Below, piece after piece: positions 13,336 to 25,400 of a stretch of DNA of 64,000 bases (the stretch's first letter is position 1; every line of letters starts with the position of its first letter). Below the pieces are notes generated by a model, which saw nothing but the letters and a program-made list of their open reading frames with translations, had not been told where the DNA came from and searched no databases. The position numbers and the translations under genes were made by a program. Origin of the DNA: Lobosporangium transversale (Eukaryota); contig NW_019028991.1 in NCBI RefSeq assembly GCF_002105155.1, positions 496,001 through 560,000 on the forward strand, given 5' to 3'.

Positions 13336-13941
13336 ACTGATAGACTGCCGTTACAATAAAATATACAGATTTATTTATGAACATTGTAAACGCACAGACA
13401 TTTGTATCTCGAAATTTTGTGAAATGTACAAGAGGTGATGCAGTTTTAACCCCAAAATAAAAAAAAATTAGCGCAACGGTGGATCAGAAAGAAAAAAGTG
13501 AAAATCCCTCAAGATAACAGAATTTCAATGCCGACTTTGCCACATCCATCATCATACTCGATAATAGCGCATGTAGAAGTATCCTATTCATTTGTGCTGA
13601 CTCGGTTCAGATTCCACAGTGGGATACATGCGATGATAAGACCGATATATATGCTTCTGATATTTTATGTCGCGTTATAGGAATCTGAAAAAAAAAAAGA
13701 CTGGTTTAGAAGCAGGACCAAAGAAGGAAGGGTGCATGCACACTGTTTGTCTGAGATAATGGATTTTCAATAAATATCATACATAGTCTTTCTCTACTTT
13801 TTCTTTACTCATTCCATTGGAAATTGCATCAGCAAAACATTCATCTCATTTTACTCAAAAGTTTTTTCTCCCTCTTTTACTCCTTTTTTTTTTTTTTTTT
13901 TTTTTTTTAATACTCTCCTTTGTCAACTCCATCGCTTTTAT

Positions 13942-14148
13942 TTGCCTTTTTATTCTTCAGTTTCAAAACACTTGTCTCTTTTTAATCAGAATGAACCCAG
14001 GGGCCTCCACCCATTCCTTAATTTTCAGCAGACCGTGTCTTTGCTCGGTTTGCTAGTTAACATCACGGCGCTACGCAACAGTAACCTCAAGTCTCACCTC
14101 TTTCGGCGACCGCCTCCTTGGCTCCCGGAAACCCAGGGTCTTGTCTGA
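13942..14148 (+). CDS. Non-AUG upstream coding region (uCC-type uORF) of ODC with a PPW motif
   Basis: AUG-less ORF in the ODC leader ending ...NLKSHLFRRPPPWLPETQGLV*. Candidate near-cognate starts are TTG at 13942 and ACG at 14065 (A at -3, G at +4). Confidence 0.7.
   Translation: MPFYSSVSKHLSLFNQNEPRGLHPFLNFQQTVSLLGLLVNITALRNSNLKSHLFRRPPPWLPETQGLV
13991..14056 (+). promoter_or_regulatory. AUG uORF (MNPGASTHSLIFSRPCLCSVC*) in the putative ODC 5' leader
   Basis: ATG at 13991 to TAG ending at 14056, in a different frame from the PPW uORF. It is only a uORF if the transcript starts upstream of it. Confidence 0.35.
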
Positions 14149-14427
14149 ATTACTCTACTTGTCTTTCAGACGCCCTTTGACATTTTAATCCTCACGTTCT
14201 TATTCAATTGAAAGAAGAGCCCAAAAGCACATCGGGAAGCTCCACTTCCGCCTTTTTTTTTCCCAGGTGTCCTTTGTTCTAATCAAAGCTTGGAGAACAG
14301 CACAAACTAAAGAAGGGCTTCCCTACAGTATTCAATCTTTTCATTTCCCTTCCCTCACCTCAAGCCTCCAAAGCAATTGCTCTTCCCACCATCCTTTTTT
14401 ATTTTTATTTTTTTATCCTTTTCAGTA

Positions 14428-15979
14428 ATGATCGACATTTCGTTTCAGCGAAACCAATTCGAGGTGGTTCCGACCTTGGTTCCACAAACTTTGGCGAGGG
14501 CCCTTAAATCCCGAATCAAGGTGTTGTCTGCTGGCACAGCTCGAGGGTTACCTAAACTTCATACATTACCCGTCTCTCAGATGCTTGAGACACACTTAAG
14601 CAGTTTTGACCCAATAGGCGAGGATGCAGAGGCTGAGAACGCATTTTACATTGCTGATCTAGGCGAGGTGTACTGTCAGCACTTGCGCTGGAAAGCTCTT
14701 CTACCACGCATTGAACCATTTTTTGGTAAGTTTTTTTTTTTTTTTTTTTTTTTTTAGATTAAGCTTTATGTTATTATTCCACCGAAACCGTTATAGACAG
14801 AGTCCATTAGCGTCTCTCTTTCTTTGATAAGAGTTGACTACCTCGAGGGTTCAATCTCATGACGTCTTCTTTCCTTTTACGTAGCCATGAAGTGTAATCC
14901 TGATCCAATGGTGATGCGCCTAATGGCCTCTTTAGGTATCGGGTTCGACTGTGCTTCCAAGAATGAGATCCAACAAGTTCTGGATATGAACGTGAACCCA
15001 TCCAGAATCATTTTTGCCAACCCTTGCAAGCAGGACTCGTTTGTCAAATATGCGTACACAAACAAGGTTCGCATGATGACCTTTGATAACACAGAAGAGC
15101 TTCATAAAATTAAGCGATCCCATCCAGAGGCTCAGTTGGTTCTTCGTATCCTTACCGATGACTCCAAGTCACTGTGCAAGTTAGGACTCAAGTTTGGAGC
15201 GCCCCTGGATACTACAAGAGCTTTGCTTCAAGTCGCAAAAAGAACTTGAGCTAGATGTCATTGGAGTCAGCTTCCATGTAGGATCTGGATGCTTTGATGC
15301 GAATGCCTACGGTGAAGCTGTCGTTCGCGCTCGCCGTGTATTTGACGAGGCCAAAGAGTATGGTTATGATTTCAAGTTTTTAGATGTCGGTGGAGGCTTC
15401 CCCTCGTCCAACGTGACTGAAGGAATCACTTTTGAGAAGATTGCCAAGATCCTAGGGCCTACAATCGACGCCCTCTTTGAGCCTGAAGTTCGTGTGATTG
15501 CCGAACCCGGTCGCTACTATGTTGGATCAGCTTTTACGCTGGCTACACAGGTCATTGCTCGCCGTACTATTCGCTCCAACAATAATGCGGATGTACAAAA
15601 GGATGCTTCAAAGGACCCCTCGCATATGTATTACATTAACGACGGCGTGTATGGGTCCTTTAACTGTACTATGTTTGACCACCAGGTCTGTGAGCCCCGG
15701 GTTTTGCTCCGGAACGGTGAGTTTGCTTATCGAGATAAGCAGCTTTTGCTGTTGGGCGACGCGATCCCCCATGGCTACGCCTCCGTCTGGGGTCCAACAT
15801 GCGATAGCATTGATTGTATCACATCCAAGGCATATTTGCCACTCTTGGAGGCGGGCGATTGGCTTTATTTTGACAACATGGGGGCTTATACCATTACTGC
15901 GGCTTCTCAGTTCAATGGGTTCAAGAAAAGCAAGGTTCTCTACACCACAACCGAGGACAAAGTGACCTATTTTTTCTAG
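14428..15979 (+). CDS. SPE1: Ornithine decarboxylase (group IV PLP decarboxylase); 2 exons, with an apparent +1 frameshift at ~15237-15241
   Basis: AFYIADLG, LPRIEPFF|AMKCN (PLP lysine; intron 14726-14884), GFDCASKNE, IIFANPCK, KFGA, then in the +1 frame GVSFHVGSG, LDVGGGF, IAEPGRYY, YYINDGVYGSFNC, WGPTCDSID, NMGAYT...FNGF. Confidence 0.95.
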
Positions 15980-17065
15980 GATTTTAAACGAAATAGAAAT
16001 TGCAACTGATGAAATAAGCTTTTGTAGACTTTTTAAAATTAATGCTTTGCACATGACCATTCAGAGTATGGATTGTCAGAATGGGACTATGAAAAGCATC
16101 GAAGACTTCATATAAGCAATCATATATGCAGTGAATGTAATAAATTAGGGTCTAACCCTGTTGATTGGAGTGATGCAGGTATCGTTGATGCAAGCTTTTG
16201 TTAGAGTTTGTTCAGCTCTGAATGAGTCTTCAGGTGGCTTCCATTCCAAAGGAGGAGAGATAGTCCGTAATACAACCTTGAGAAAGGAAAATAATGCATC
16301 CTTCTTTGGAATACCATTATGCATCAGCACAGCACGAAGGAAAAAAAAAAAAAAAAAAAAGTACTTTGGCGATCCAATCAATAATTGAGCCATACATCTT
16401 CCCGTCTTTTCCGTCTAGCTTCTCTTCACTATCGCCTATCTTCTATACCTTCCTCCATGTACTCCTTCACACCGCTTTCTACCGCCATCTCTTATCTGGG
16501 GCATAGTATTATCCTTTTCTGTTGGCCGTCCTTTGACTATTTAGTTTGTTTGCAGAGGAGAGCAGTGTACCAAAGAGTCTCGATCCTCAAGGATGTAAGA
16601 TCCTAAATTTTATTGTAGCAGCTAAAAGATGTGAAAATGGGATTATCCTTCCATTATATTGTATTTTATTATTAATATCACCCTTTATTATCCTTCATCG
16701 TCAAGTTGTACTAATGGGTCCATTGGAAGTTATTAATCACCTTATCATCTTATTGCCCATACTGTACTTATTATACTTAAATTAGAAAAACGTATCAAAA
16801 AAAAAAAAAAAAAAAAAAAATTGATCTTTTTTTCTGTAATGCTGTTGAAGTGCACCTCCACCTTTCAAGGATTTTATTTCTTAATGTGCACAATAAGACC
16901 TCGTAAAAAAATACAACCGAGAATAATAGGTTAGACTACCTCTTCGAGGTGTGCTGCAACAGAGCCTATCGATTGCGTTTATGATTTGACATGCAGTTTA
17001 AAATTTTTATTGTACGACAGTGAATGGATGTGTGTTCGTGTATCTTTCATTCCTCAACTGTTCTC

Positions 17066-20000
17066 CTATCCTGTCAACTTCGAGTAGCTTGGTGGCGCGA
17101 ACTTCCGGCGAAGGGCCTTGATCACATAGAGTGGGAAACTACTCACCATAGTGATTACTGCAACCTTCCACACAAATGTTTTCGTCAGAATGAAGTCCAA
17201 ATCTTCGTAAAACAAACAAACAAACAAACAAACAAACAAACAAACAAACAAACAAGCAAAAAAAAGTTAATAACTAATGAAAGAACACACAAAGATTCCT
17301 TCCAAAAGTGCCACCAGAAGCACATCAGCTTTGAGCAGGAACTTTACCAAAATAAGTTGGCAAGAAAACCATTGAAACAACATAGATAACAAGAGTGGCA
17401 ATCTCGGACACAATCATAAGCCGGTGCCATGTATTGATCTCCAAAGCAACCATTAGCAACTCATTCAAGACTAGTGCCGTGAATGAGATCGAAACGATGT
17501 TCACAAATTGATTCTCAAACAACCAAATGGATAATATCATGATCGCACCGCCTATTCAAAATATAAAAAATAAAAAATAAAAAAATACTCATGATATCAG
17601 TCAATCTGTTTATCCATTCTCACTCTTAAAGTAATGGCAGGTAGAGTGTCCATTACCTTGATAGACACTAATCAAAAGCCAACTGAAGAAAGTCTTGTAT
17701 GACAATGATCTTCCTTTTGTTAAATCCCTGTACAACTCTGGATACAACAATGCGATATCTTCGGGAACATCCCGATCTAATACCAACGAAAATACAGGGG
17801 CGTTGGTATAAATGGTTGTATATCCTACAATCAACATGCCCTGATATAATGCAATAGGTGCAAAATAAAACATAGCCGAAAAGACCGCTTGCATGATTGA
17901 AATAATCAACCCACGGTGAATCACAAACTGCGACAACTTGGCTGAGCGCTTGTATGAATTACGTCCATGCCAAAGTAAAAGTTTTGTCAGATATGAGAAC
18001 TGGTTGACAGAAAAGTCCGCAGCAAGTGACGCCTGTTTTCCTTCCTTGCCGACAATACCAACACCAACATCGGCCTGCTGAATCATAGAAACATCATTTC
18101 CTCCATCACCTATGCAGCAGATGCGCTTCTTTGTATATTGCTTAATCAAACGAGCAATATCAGCTTTTTGGGTTGGAGAGCAACGGCAGCAAACAACGAC
18201 AGGCAATCGAACTGTTATTTCAATAAACTCCTCGCGTAAATAGTCGAGGCAAAGCTGGATTGACTCGCCATCAATCACTAGACAGCAATCCTTCTTGCCT
18301 CTAAGCAAATCCAGCTCATCCTGTGCATCCAATGGATTTTTTACTATGATGCATGTCATCACAAGCAAGTTAAATGGTCAGATTAAATTGATATAACTGA
18401 CTTTGACATTCCACCGTCTGAGTCGCAGCGTGATTTCCCATGTTCATCAAAAGCTTACATTTGGCAATTTGGTGAATGCTTTGGTTCCTGGCTACAAGCT
18501 TGGATGAAATAGCAATGCACGTCGCAGTCTCGATCTTGTCTCCAGTCAACATCCAGATTTTTAGTCCAGCATTTCTCAATAGCTCTAGTGTGGTCTTAAC
18601 GCCGTCCTGCAATTTATCCTCGACGCCTGTCAAACCAAGCAATTCAAGCTCCTGTTCGAGGACTTGGTGAACAACTGCGTTCATGGCGTTGGTTCTATCC
18701 GAGATACTAGTCTTAGCTACATGGTACTTTGATTCAAACTCCTGATACAATTCCTCTGAGAGTCTCTTCCGGGCTACAACCAAAGTTCTTAAACCCTCGC
18801 GAGCCATGTTGCCACATTCTTCTTCTAGCCAATCATTATATTGCACGATCTTAGCCATGACCACATCCGCCCCCTTCTCGTAAAAGGTAATTTCACCTGT
18901 GGCCAAGTCCCGGACAATGATACCCATGCGTTTTGTTTCACTGGTGAATGGAAAAACCTGCAATATTTCGAACTCAAAGATGTCACCGTTAGAATTTCTG
19001 ATGTGGATATTATTGATGTCTCTGAAAACTAATGTTAGCCCAACGTTCTCGGTCCACTTCACAATGGCAACCTCGTCAGGCGAAGAAGCTTGATAAGTGA
19101 TGCTTCCGTTGTCCTCTTCAACAGGTGTGACGTTATGGCATACAGCCAAAGCTTGGACGATATCTCGGACACGAGAAGAAATGTCGCGTCTAGCTTTGTT
19201 ACCGCCAACATGCGATGGAGCTGATGCAACTCCACGCGCCCTGTTGAATCCGCTTGCTAAGTAATCCCAAAAGCAGATATCTCGTGTTAGACCGCATGTT
19301 CCCACAAGTTATTCGAAAAGTTCGTCCGGTCAAAACGACGTAGAATGGCTCTTACAGTGTTGGGAATAAGCAGTGTCCAAATGTGTTGAAATCTCATCCA
19401 TTGTATCTACACTGTATGACATAGTCCCCATATGTAGTTTTTTCAGCTCCATATCTTGTTTTGTAAAAAGTAATAACGAATTAGCACGGATAAAGATATT
19501 TGAACCATGAATCAACCATTGATAAAGTCATAAATAGAAAAACCATACCATTCTTCGTCAAAGTGCCCGTCTTATCTGATAACAAATATTCAATGCGTCC
19601 AAGTTCCTCCGGAATTGTACTTGTTCGGACAATGGTACCTGGAATTTCCTTGTCATTCATAATTTGCCATGCATACACAGTTTTCCCCATATCCAGGTTC
19701 ACACGTAATGAAATAGGGATGATTGATGAGAAGAGAATCAAGAAACGGAACAAGTATATATACCATAGGCCTTGAAACCCATTAAGTGCGATCATTGACA
19801 ACGATAATGTCAAGGTGAATGCGCAAAGAATCTATTATAAAATGTAATCCTGTGATTAGGAAAGCGCCACTATTTGTATCTTGGCATTACTATGGCTGGT
19901 TGATAGTACCAAGCACTCGTATTTTCAATCTACCTTTGAGAGGCGATTGACTTCCGTATCCAGCAAGCCGATCTTTGTCTTTGGATGGTTTGTGTTCATA

Positions 20001-22223
20001 ACAGCACGCGTATCTCTACCAGTATAGATGACAAAGCCAATAGCATTTCCGGATGCCACCACTGTGTTCGTCCAGAGTGTGTTGTCAACGCTCAACGACT
20101 CTGTATGTGGACCCTAATTCATAACAAGCAGATCGAATAGTCATATAAATCAGCTGACGAAATCCTTAGTAACAATGGCTAGTATAAAATATACTCACAA
20201 TAAAAAAATAATAGAATCAATCCACATACGGGCCCATCGCCTTCCTTTGTAAAATTTCCAACAAAGCTGTGAATATCCTTGTGAGGCGAATCTGCATAAA
20301 TCGAGGCATTCAACTCCAAAAGCGATTCGTCATTTGGTAAAGCCTGACAAGACGGTACAGCTAATCGCAATTTCCAATCTGTCTCTCCATCGAGTTGGTC
20401 TGTCCTTATAAAGCATGCACCTGACTCTTCTGTAGTTCTCAACAAGACCATATCTGCGGGAACGTTCTGATTTTTGTTGACAACAATCATGTCGCCAACT
20501 TTGATCTTTGAAGATGGGACCATTTTAAACCCTGAAGGTGTAAGCTTCTGATAGCGCTGTGAATTAGCTTCCTGGTCTCGTCGGTATCGTTTCATGTCAT
20601 CCACAGCCTCCTTGCCTATTGTCACTGCTAAAACAAAACAGAGTGGCGCCACATAGGTAATAATGTAGCCTATTGCATAAAAACAGTATAGACATTTTTA
20701 AGCGTCAATAATGAATTTTGTTACAGCCGCATAGAATAGACTCTGGCAATGATTGATATGGTCCAGGTGTTAAATCTCAGCAGACGTACCAATTTTTAGC
20801 GCAGGTATGAACTGTGAAAGCGCTACGAGTAAAAAATACAGATTCAAAAAGAATTTGAACTGCAAATAAGGATAATATTGCGTTAAAGAGAGTCGGGTTG
20901 TATCTAAACTACAATGATCCTTCATGGGCTACATGTTGACAAGTTACCTGTTCCCATAGTACTATAGGCAAGAAGGTGAAAATGTTGTATTTTGTATTGC
21001 GTGTAACATTAGGTGGATATTTTTTCTTCTCCTTGACTAGCGATTTGGAACAAAATCGCAAACACAAGAAAGAAAGCGCGTGAATTGTCTCATTCGTATC
21101 ACGGGTGCATCCCTGCCATCTCCTATCAAAACCAAGTGAACCAGTTCTTTCTTCCTTACCTGATGCATGAAAGTCTATGGTCCTTGATTTAGCAGCCCTC
21201 GAATTCTTGGAAGGCTTGAGTTCATCCATGATTGCTGACAATTTCTGTCGGTTAGGACCCTTGCCCTTTTAATGGTGAAGGTTCGTCACAAAACAAACAA
21301 CGAGCAGTAAAATAGAGAGCATAACAAACTGCGTAAGAAAAGAAATTCACCAATAAAGAATATTAAGAGCTCCAGACAAATTACAGATGCTTTAACAAGC
21401 ACAGCGGGAAAGCATAAAGCAGAAAAAGAGGCATTTAATATATGGTGTCTCGCGGTGAAGTGATAATTGTGAACTTCAGACAGGGATGAAAGGGAATAGT
21501 TAGGATGAAGGGTAAAGAGAAAGTGCCATGTACAAACACTTGCAATTGGGATGAGATTGTTTTGCCGGAAAAAACATGCAGCTTATTCTTCCTTGAGCAT
21601 TTAAAAGGGTATCATGATTCCTTGTACATAAAGTAAATTCGATCAGATCGTTTTTTTTTTTTTTTTTTTTTTTTTACCTGAGAACCAGTACCATTGTCGT
21701 TCCCATGTATAACTCCAGCGCCCCCGCCAAAGGAGGTACTACTGTGGAGCAGCAGAGGCTCCTCGTCCTCATCCTCTTCATCAGAATATTTGTATTTGGA
21801 ATGACGATATCCTTGGCTACTACTACCTCCACCGTTGCCACTACTGCTGCTGCCTAACGCCATGGTGCTTTGGTCTTGTCCTTGGCTCCGAATAGATCCT
21901 GGAGTTAATGCTATTGGCGTAGATCCTTTGCCAAAACTTCCTGCTCCGGTTGAAGACGAGACCGATACAGGCGAGGTGAATGCAAGATGTTTTTGATAGG
22001 GATTAGCGCGGGATGTTGTTGGTTGTGAAGATGGATGCGAAGTCTGTGATGGAGGTGACCGGGTACGGGGACTGTTAGACCGTGTGTGAGTAAGAGCGAC
22101 TGCAGAACGCGTGCCGTCCCTATTGAGGCTAATGGTGCGCTGTGCGGTGGGGTATGAGTGGTCGGTGTTGGTATCGGTGTCGTGCAGGGGAAGAAGAGCA
22201 AAGGTTTCTTTGGCCGTTGACAT
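17066..22223 (-). CDS. NEO1: P4-type ATPase phospholipid flippase, Neo1/ATP9 subfamily; multi-exon
   Basis: [32 protein letters not shown] (phosphorylation site), [39 protein letters not shown] and C-terminal APPSYSKL, all characteristic of Neo1/ATP9. Confidence 0.95.
17209..17255 (+). repeat. (AAAC)n microsatellite in the last NEO1 intron
   Basis: About 11 tandem AAAC units visible directly. Confidence 0.9.
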
Positions 22224-22477
22224 TTAGAAAACGGGCCAGAAGAAAAGACAAAAAAGAAAAAGAAACAATGAAAAGAAAAATGCTTTTCTTGTTGTGGATG
22301 CACAAATTGGTCTTCAATATTTTTGTCTATCTGTCTGTCTATGAATATGGCTGATTGAATGTGCACGATTATGCAATGATGGTAAAATGGTCTACTGCAA
22401 GTCAGCGTTTCTGTGAAGTCTCGACTAAATGAGAAGACGTGGCACAGCCTCGAGAAAAAAAAAAAGCACGTGACAAA

Positions 22478-25400
22478 TTATTCAGTACCTGCTGCCAAAA
22501 GATACTCAAGCACTTTAAGCGACACTGCTGGGTATGCATGTGTAAAGACCTGCTTCAGTAGCATACGGCGCCCAGCCTGTGCGTGTCGGCTCTCTGTATG
22601 TGCGCCTGGCTGTGGTAAGAAGTCCTGCCACAGTTCATGCGTGCTTACCAGCGCGTTGCGGATTGCACGGATCGCATCCGGTCCTGGAATCTCGTTCTGC
22701 TCCAGCCAAACTTTGAACCAGTCGGTCTTGCACTGGCTCTTTATAGATTGCTGCTTCTTGCTATTAGAAGGGAACGAGCCATTTGTGAAATAATATCGTG
22801 CGACCGTATCCGCGCTCCAATCATGCTCACCAAGCTGTACCTGCCCATTCATGGCTTGCTCTACACGCTTAGTGATCTTGGAAACAAGTTGAGAAATACG
22901 ACTAATCTTGATCAATGTGTTGCTTCCGTCATCTTCTAGCATCTGAGCCACCAGATTAAACGACAAGGCCGTTTCTGCTGCAATCGACTGACGTGCGTTG
23001 GCTCGTCCCCTACGCCCACTCTCTTCATGAAGCTCAGTACGATCCCGCTCGTTGATAAGATGCTGCTCGAGGCGTCGCTTAAGCTGGGTGTCGTAGTAGT
23101 TTGCCAAAATTCGAAGTTCCCATAATGTTCTCCAAGAGAGCTCACCGAGACTGTCCAGGCGGCTACCTATGTCATACAGCCACACATGCACGCACATGGT
23201 CTCTACTTTATCCATCGTCAAACACTCACATAGGACGCTGGTAAAATATGCCGCTCGTACTTCATCTGTCGCGTGGCCACCTCTTGGAGCTCTGCAGAGG
23301 TGATCAGCAAATGCCGCGACTTGTGGATCTTGCAGAAAGGTCAGACAAAAGTCTTCACCGTACGATGCAGAACTTTGGTCCGCCACTTCATTGCCTGGGC
23401 TGTTTTGTTGTCTGCCATTAAAGTAACTGGAATCCAGCCCCAAGCTCAACTTGTGTCGTTTCTCCTGCAGCCATCGGAATTTCTCTTGCTTCCGCTTCCT
23501 GGGTCCGCTGTTCCCCACTGTATCATCCACATTCCAGCTCGTCAGGACCTTGGGGAATGGTCGTGCTTGGATACCGCGCATACCCAAGGCGTCCTCCGTG
23601 TAACTTAGATGGCCAATGTGTCTTATTACTGATATTGACCCAGACTTGAGGATTTTCCATATCCTAGAATATTCCTCATTTTCCCTACTTAAATCAATCG
23701 TAATACCCCAGTAACGCGGCTCCATGATCTCGATTTTCGAAATAGTGTTTAATTCTGGAAGCAAGCAAGGAGTCATCATGTCCAATCTAGAGTTTGAGAA
23801 ATATGTCGCTGCTTTGTCCTGAGAAGAACTTGGGTTCAGTCCCGTGTACCGAGCATACTGTAAATCACCGCCTTCGCTAGTGTCATTGGTATAACTGGCT
23901 GGATGAGGTCTGATAACCATTTGAATTTGTGATTGATAATATGCTGGTTTTAGATGTATTCGCACAGGAACTGGGCAGCAGGCTCCAGTTATGGCATCTC
24001 TAGTGACAAGACACCTTGGTTCTACTGCTAAGACCCAGAGGTGCCGGAACGCCTGCAAATGTGACCTATTGTCGGATGGATCATTGGGGAGCCGCGGGTA
24101 GAGGCTGCACAATAATGCTGCAACGCATCGATTGCTTGTTCCCAGTGTGTATCCTCCCCCTCCCAAGAACAAAAGCCCTAACGCCATGTGATACGCAAGG
24201 TGGCTGCCATAGACAGCTTCGCTTTTCCTTCGACGCACCAGCTTGCGTAATCTGCGAAGCAGGTCAATTCTACCTGAGCCTGCCACGACCACTGCGGCTG
24301 CAAGTGTGGTCACATCCAGGCACGTGCGAATCACGGATCTAGTTATGCTGTCTTCGTATGAACCATCTACAGTAGGAAGCAAAGATTAATCAAAAAAAAA
24401 AAAATATTAAGTAGCAAAGCCAACAGTACTAAAGATACAGTAAGCTGACGCAATTCATGGGCTCAACGTACTACCACTGCCGCGTCCCAAAGTAATAAAC
24501 ATATCCAAATGCTTAAGGATACATTCATATGCCGCCTCATTGCCGCTTCCAGCAAAGCGAAGACCCATAGCAAAGCACGCCCCAACTATAATACTGTAGT
24601 ACGACTGTGGTCCAGACTCAGTTGTCGGTGGCCCGCCGGTGTGTATATCCTTAAGGTAGCCTGGAACTTGAGAAAGGACCCACTCTTTGGTTGGAATGAT
24701 GCCATCCCAAAGTACAATCGCTTTGCAAATGACTCGCAATATAAGGGCATCCGGTGAAACGTAATCAAGTAAAAAAGGAGTCTCAGGGACATCAAGCTTG
24801 GATGCAATGGACTTGCTATTAGTTTTGAGATACATCAGCCCCAGTGCAACTGTGGCTCCAGCGCTAGTCACCTCAATACCAGGCTGTCGCTGGCTCCATC
24901 CGTAGTCTGCTGCATAGGGTCCATGGTCTCTGCTTTCATGGTTTTTGTCCACACTTCCAGGCATATAGCTGACCAAGACATCAACTATCCTCATATCTCG
25001 TAAACCCATCGACTTGTTGCCTTGTCCTAAAGTAATGAACCCAAGCCCGAAACCTGCGGCGACGGAATGACACTCCTGAAGATTATTTATAGAATCTGTA
25101 TAATTCCTCGTGATCGACCCAATCTCTGATAGCATGACTTCAGTCATGCGCCGATGGGAGGTTTCCATATAAATAAGGCCAATGCCCAGGACGCAAGCAA
25201 CCTGTGTTAATGGTGATAAATTAAGCTCTGATCCATGCTGTGGAAGGAGTGCTGGCATGTGAACTGAAAGTACCCTTGTGATCGCAGTGTTCATTGTGCC
25301 TCTATGGGCGCATGCTAGTCCTAGAAGAAGACCCGTTGAGGTCATCTCGTGCTTGAAGGAGAGATACCTCCAGACATGCGGCCTGGCTAATGTCCGTAAA

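Noticed and set aside
14887..15979. Two separate ODC-like genes (ORFs 14887-15249 and 15194-15979)
   Set aside because: They are consecutive halves of one ODC joined by a single-base frameshift.
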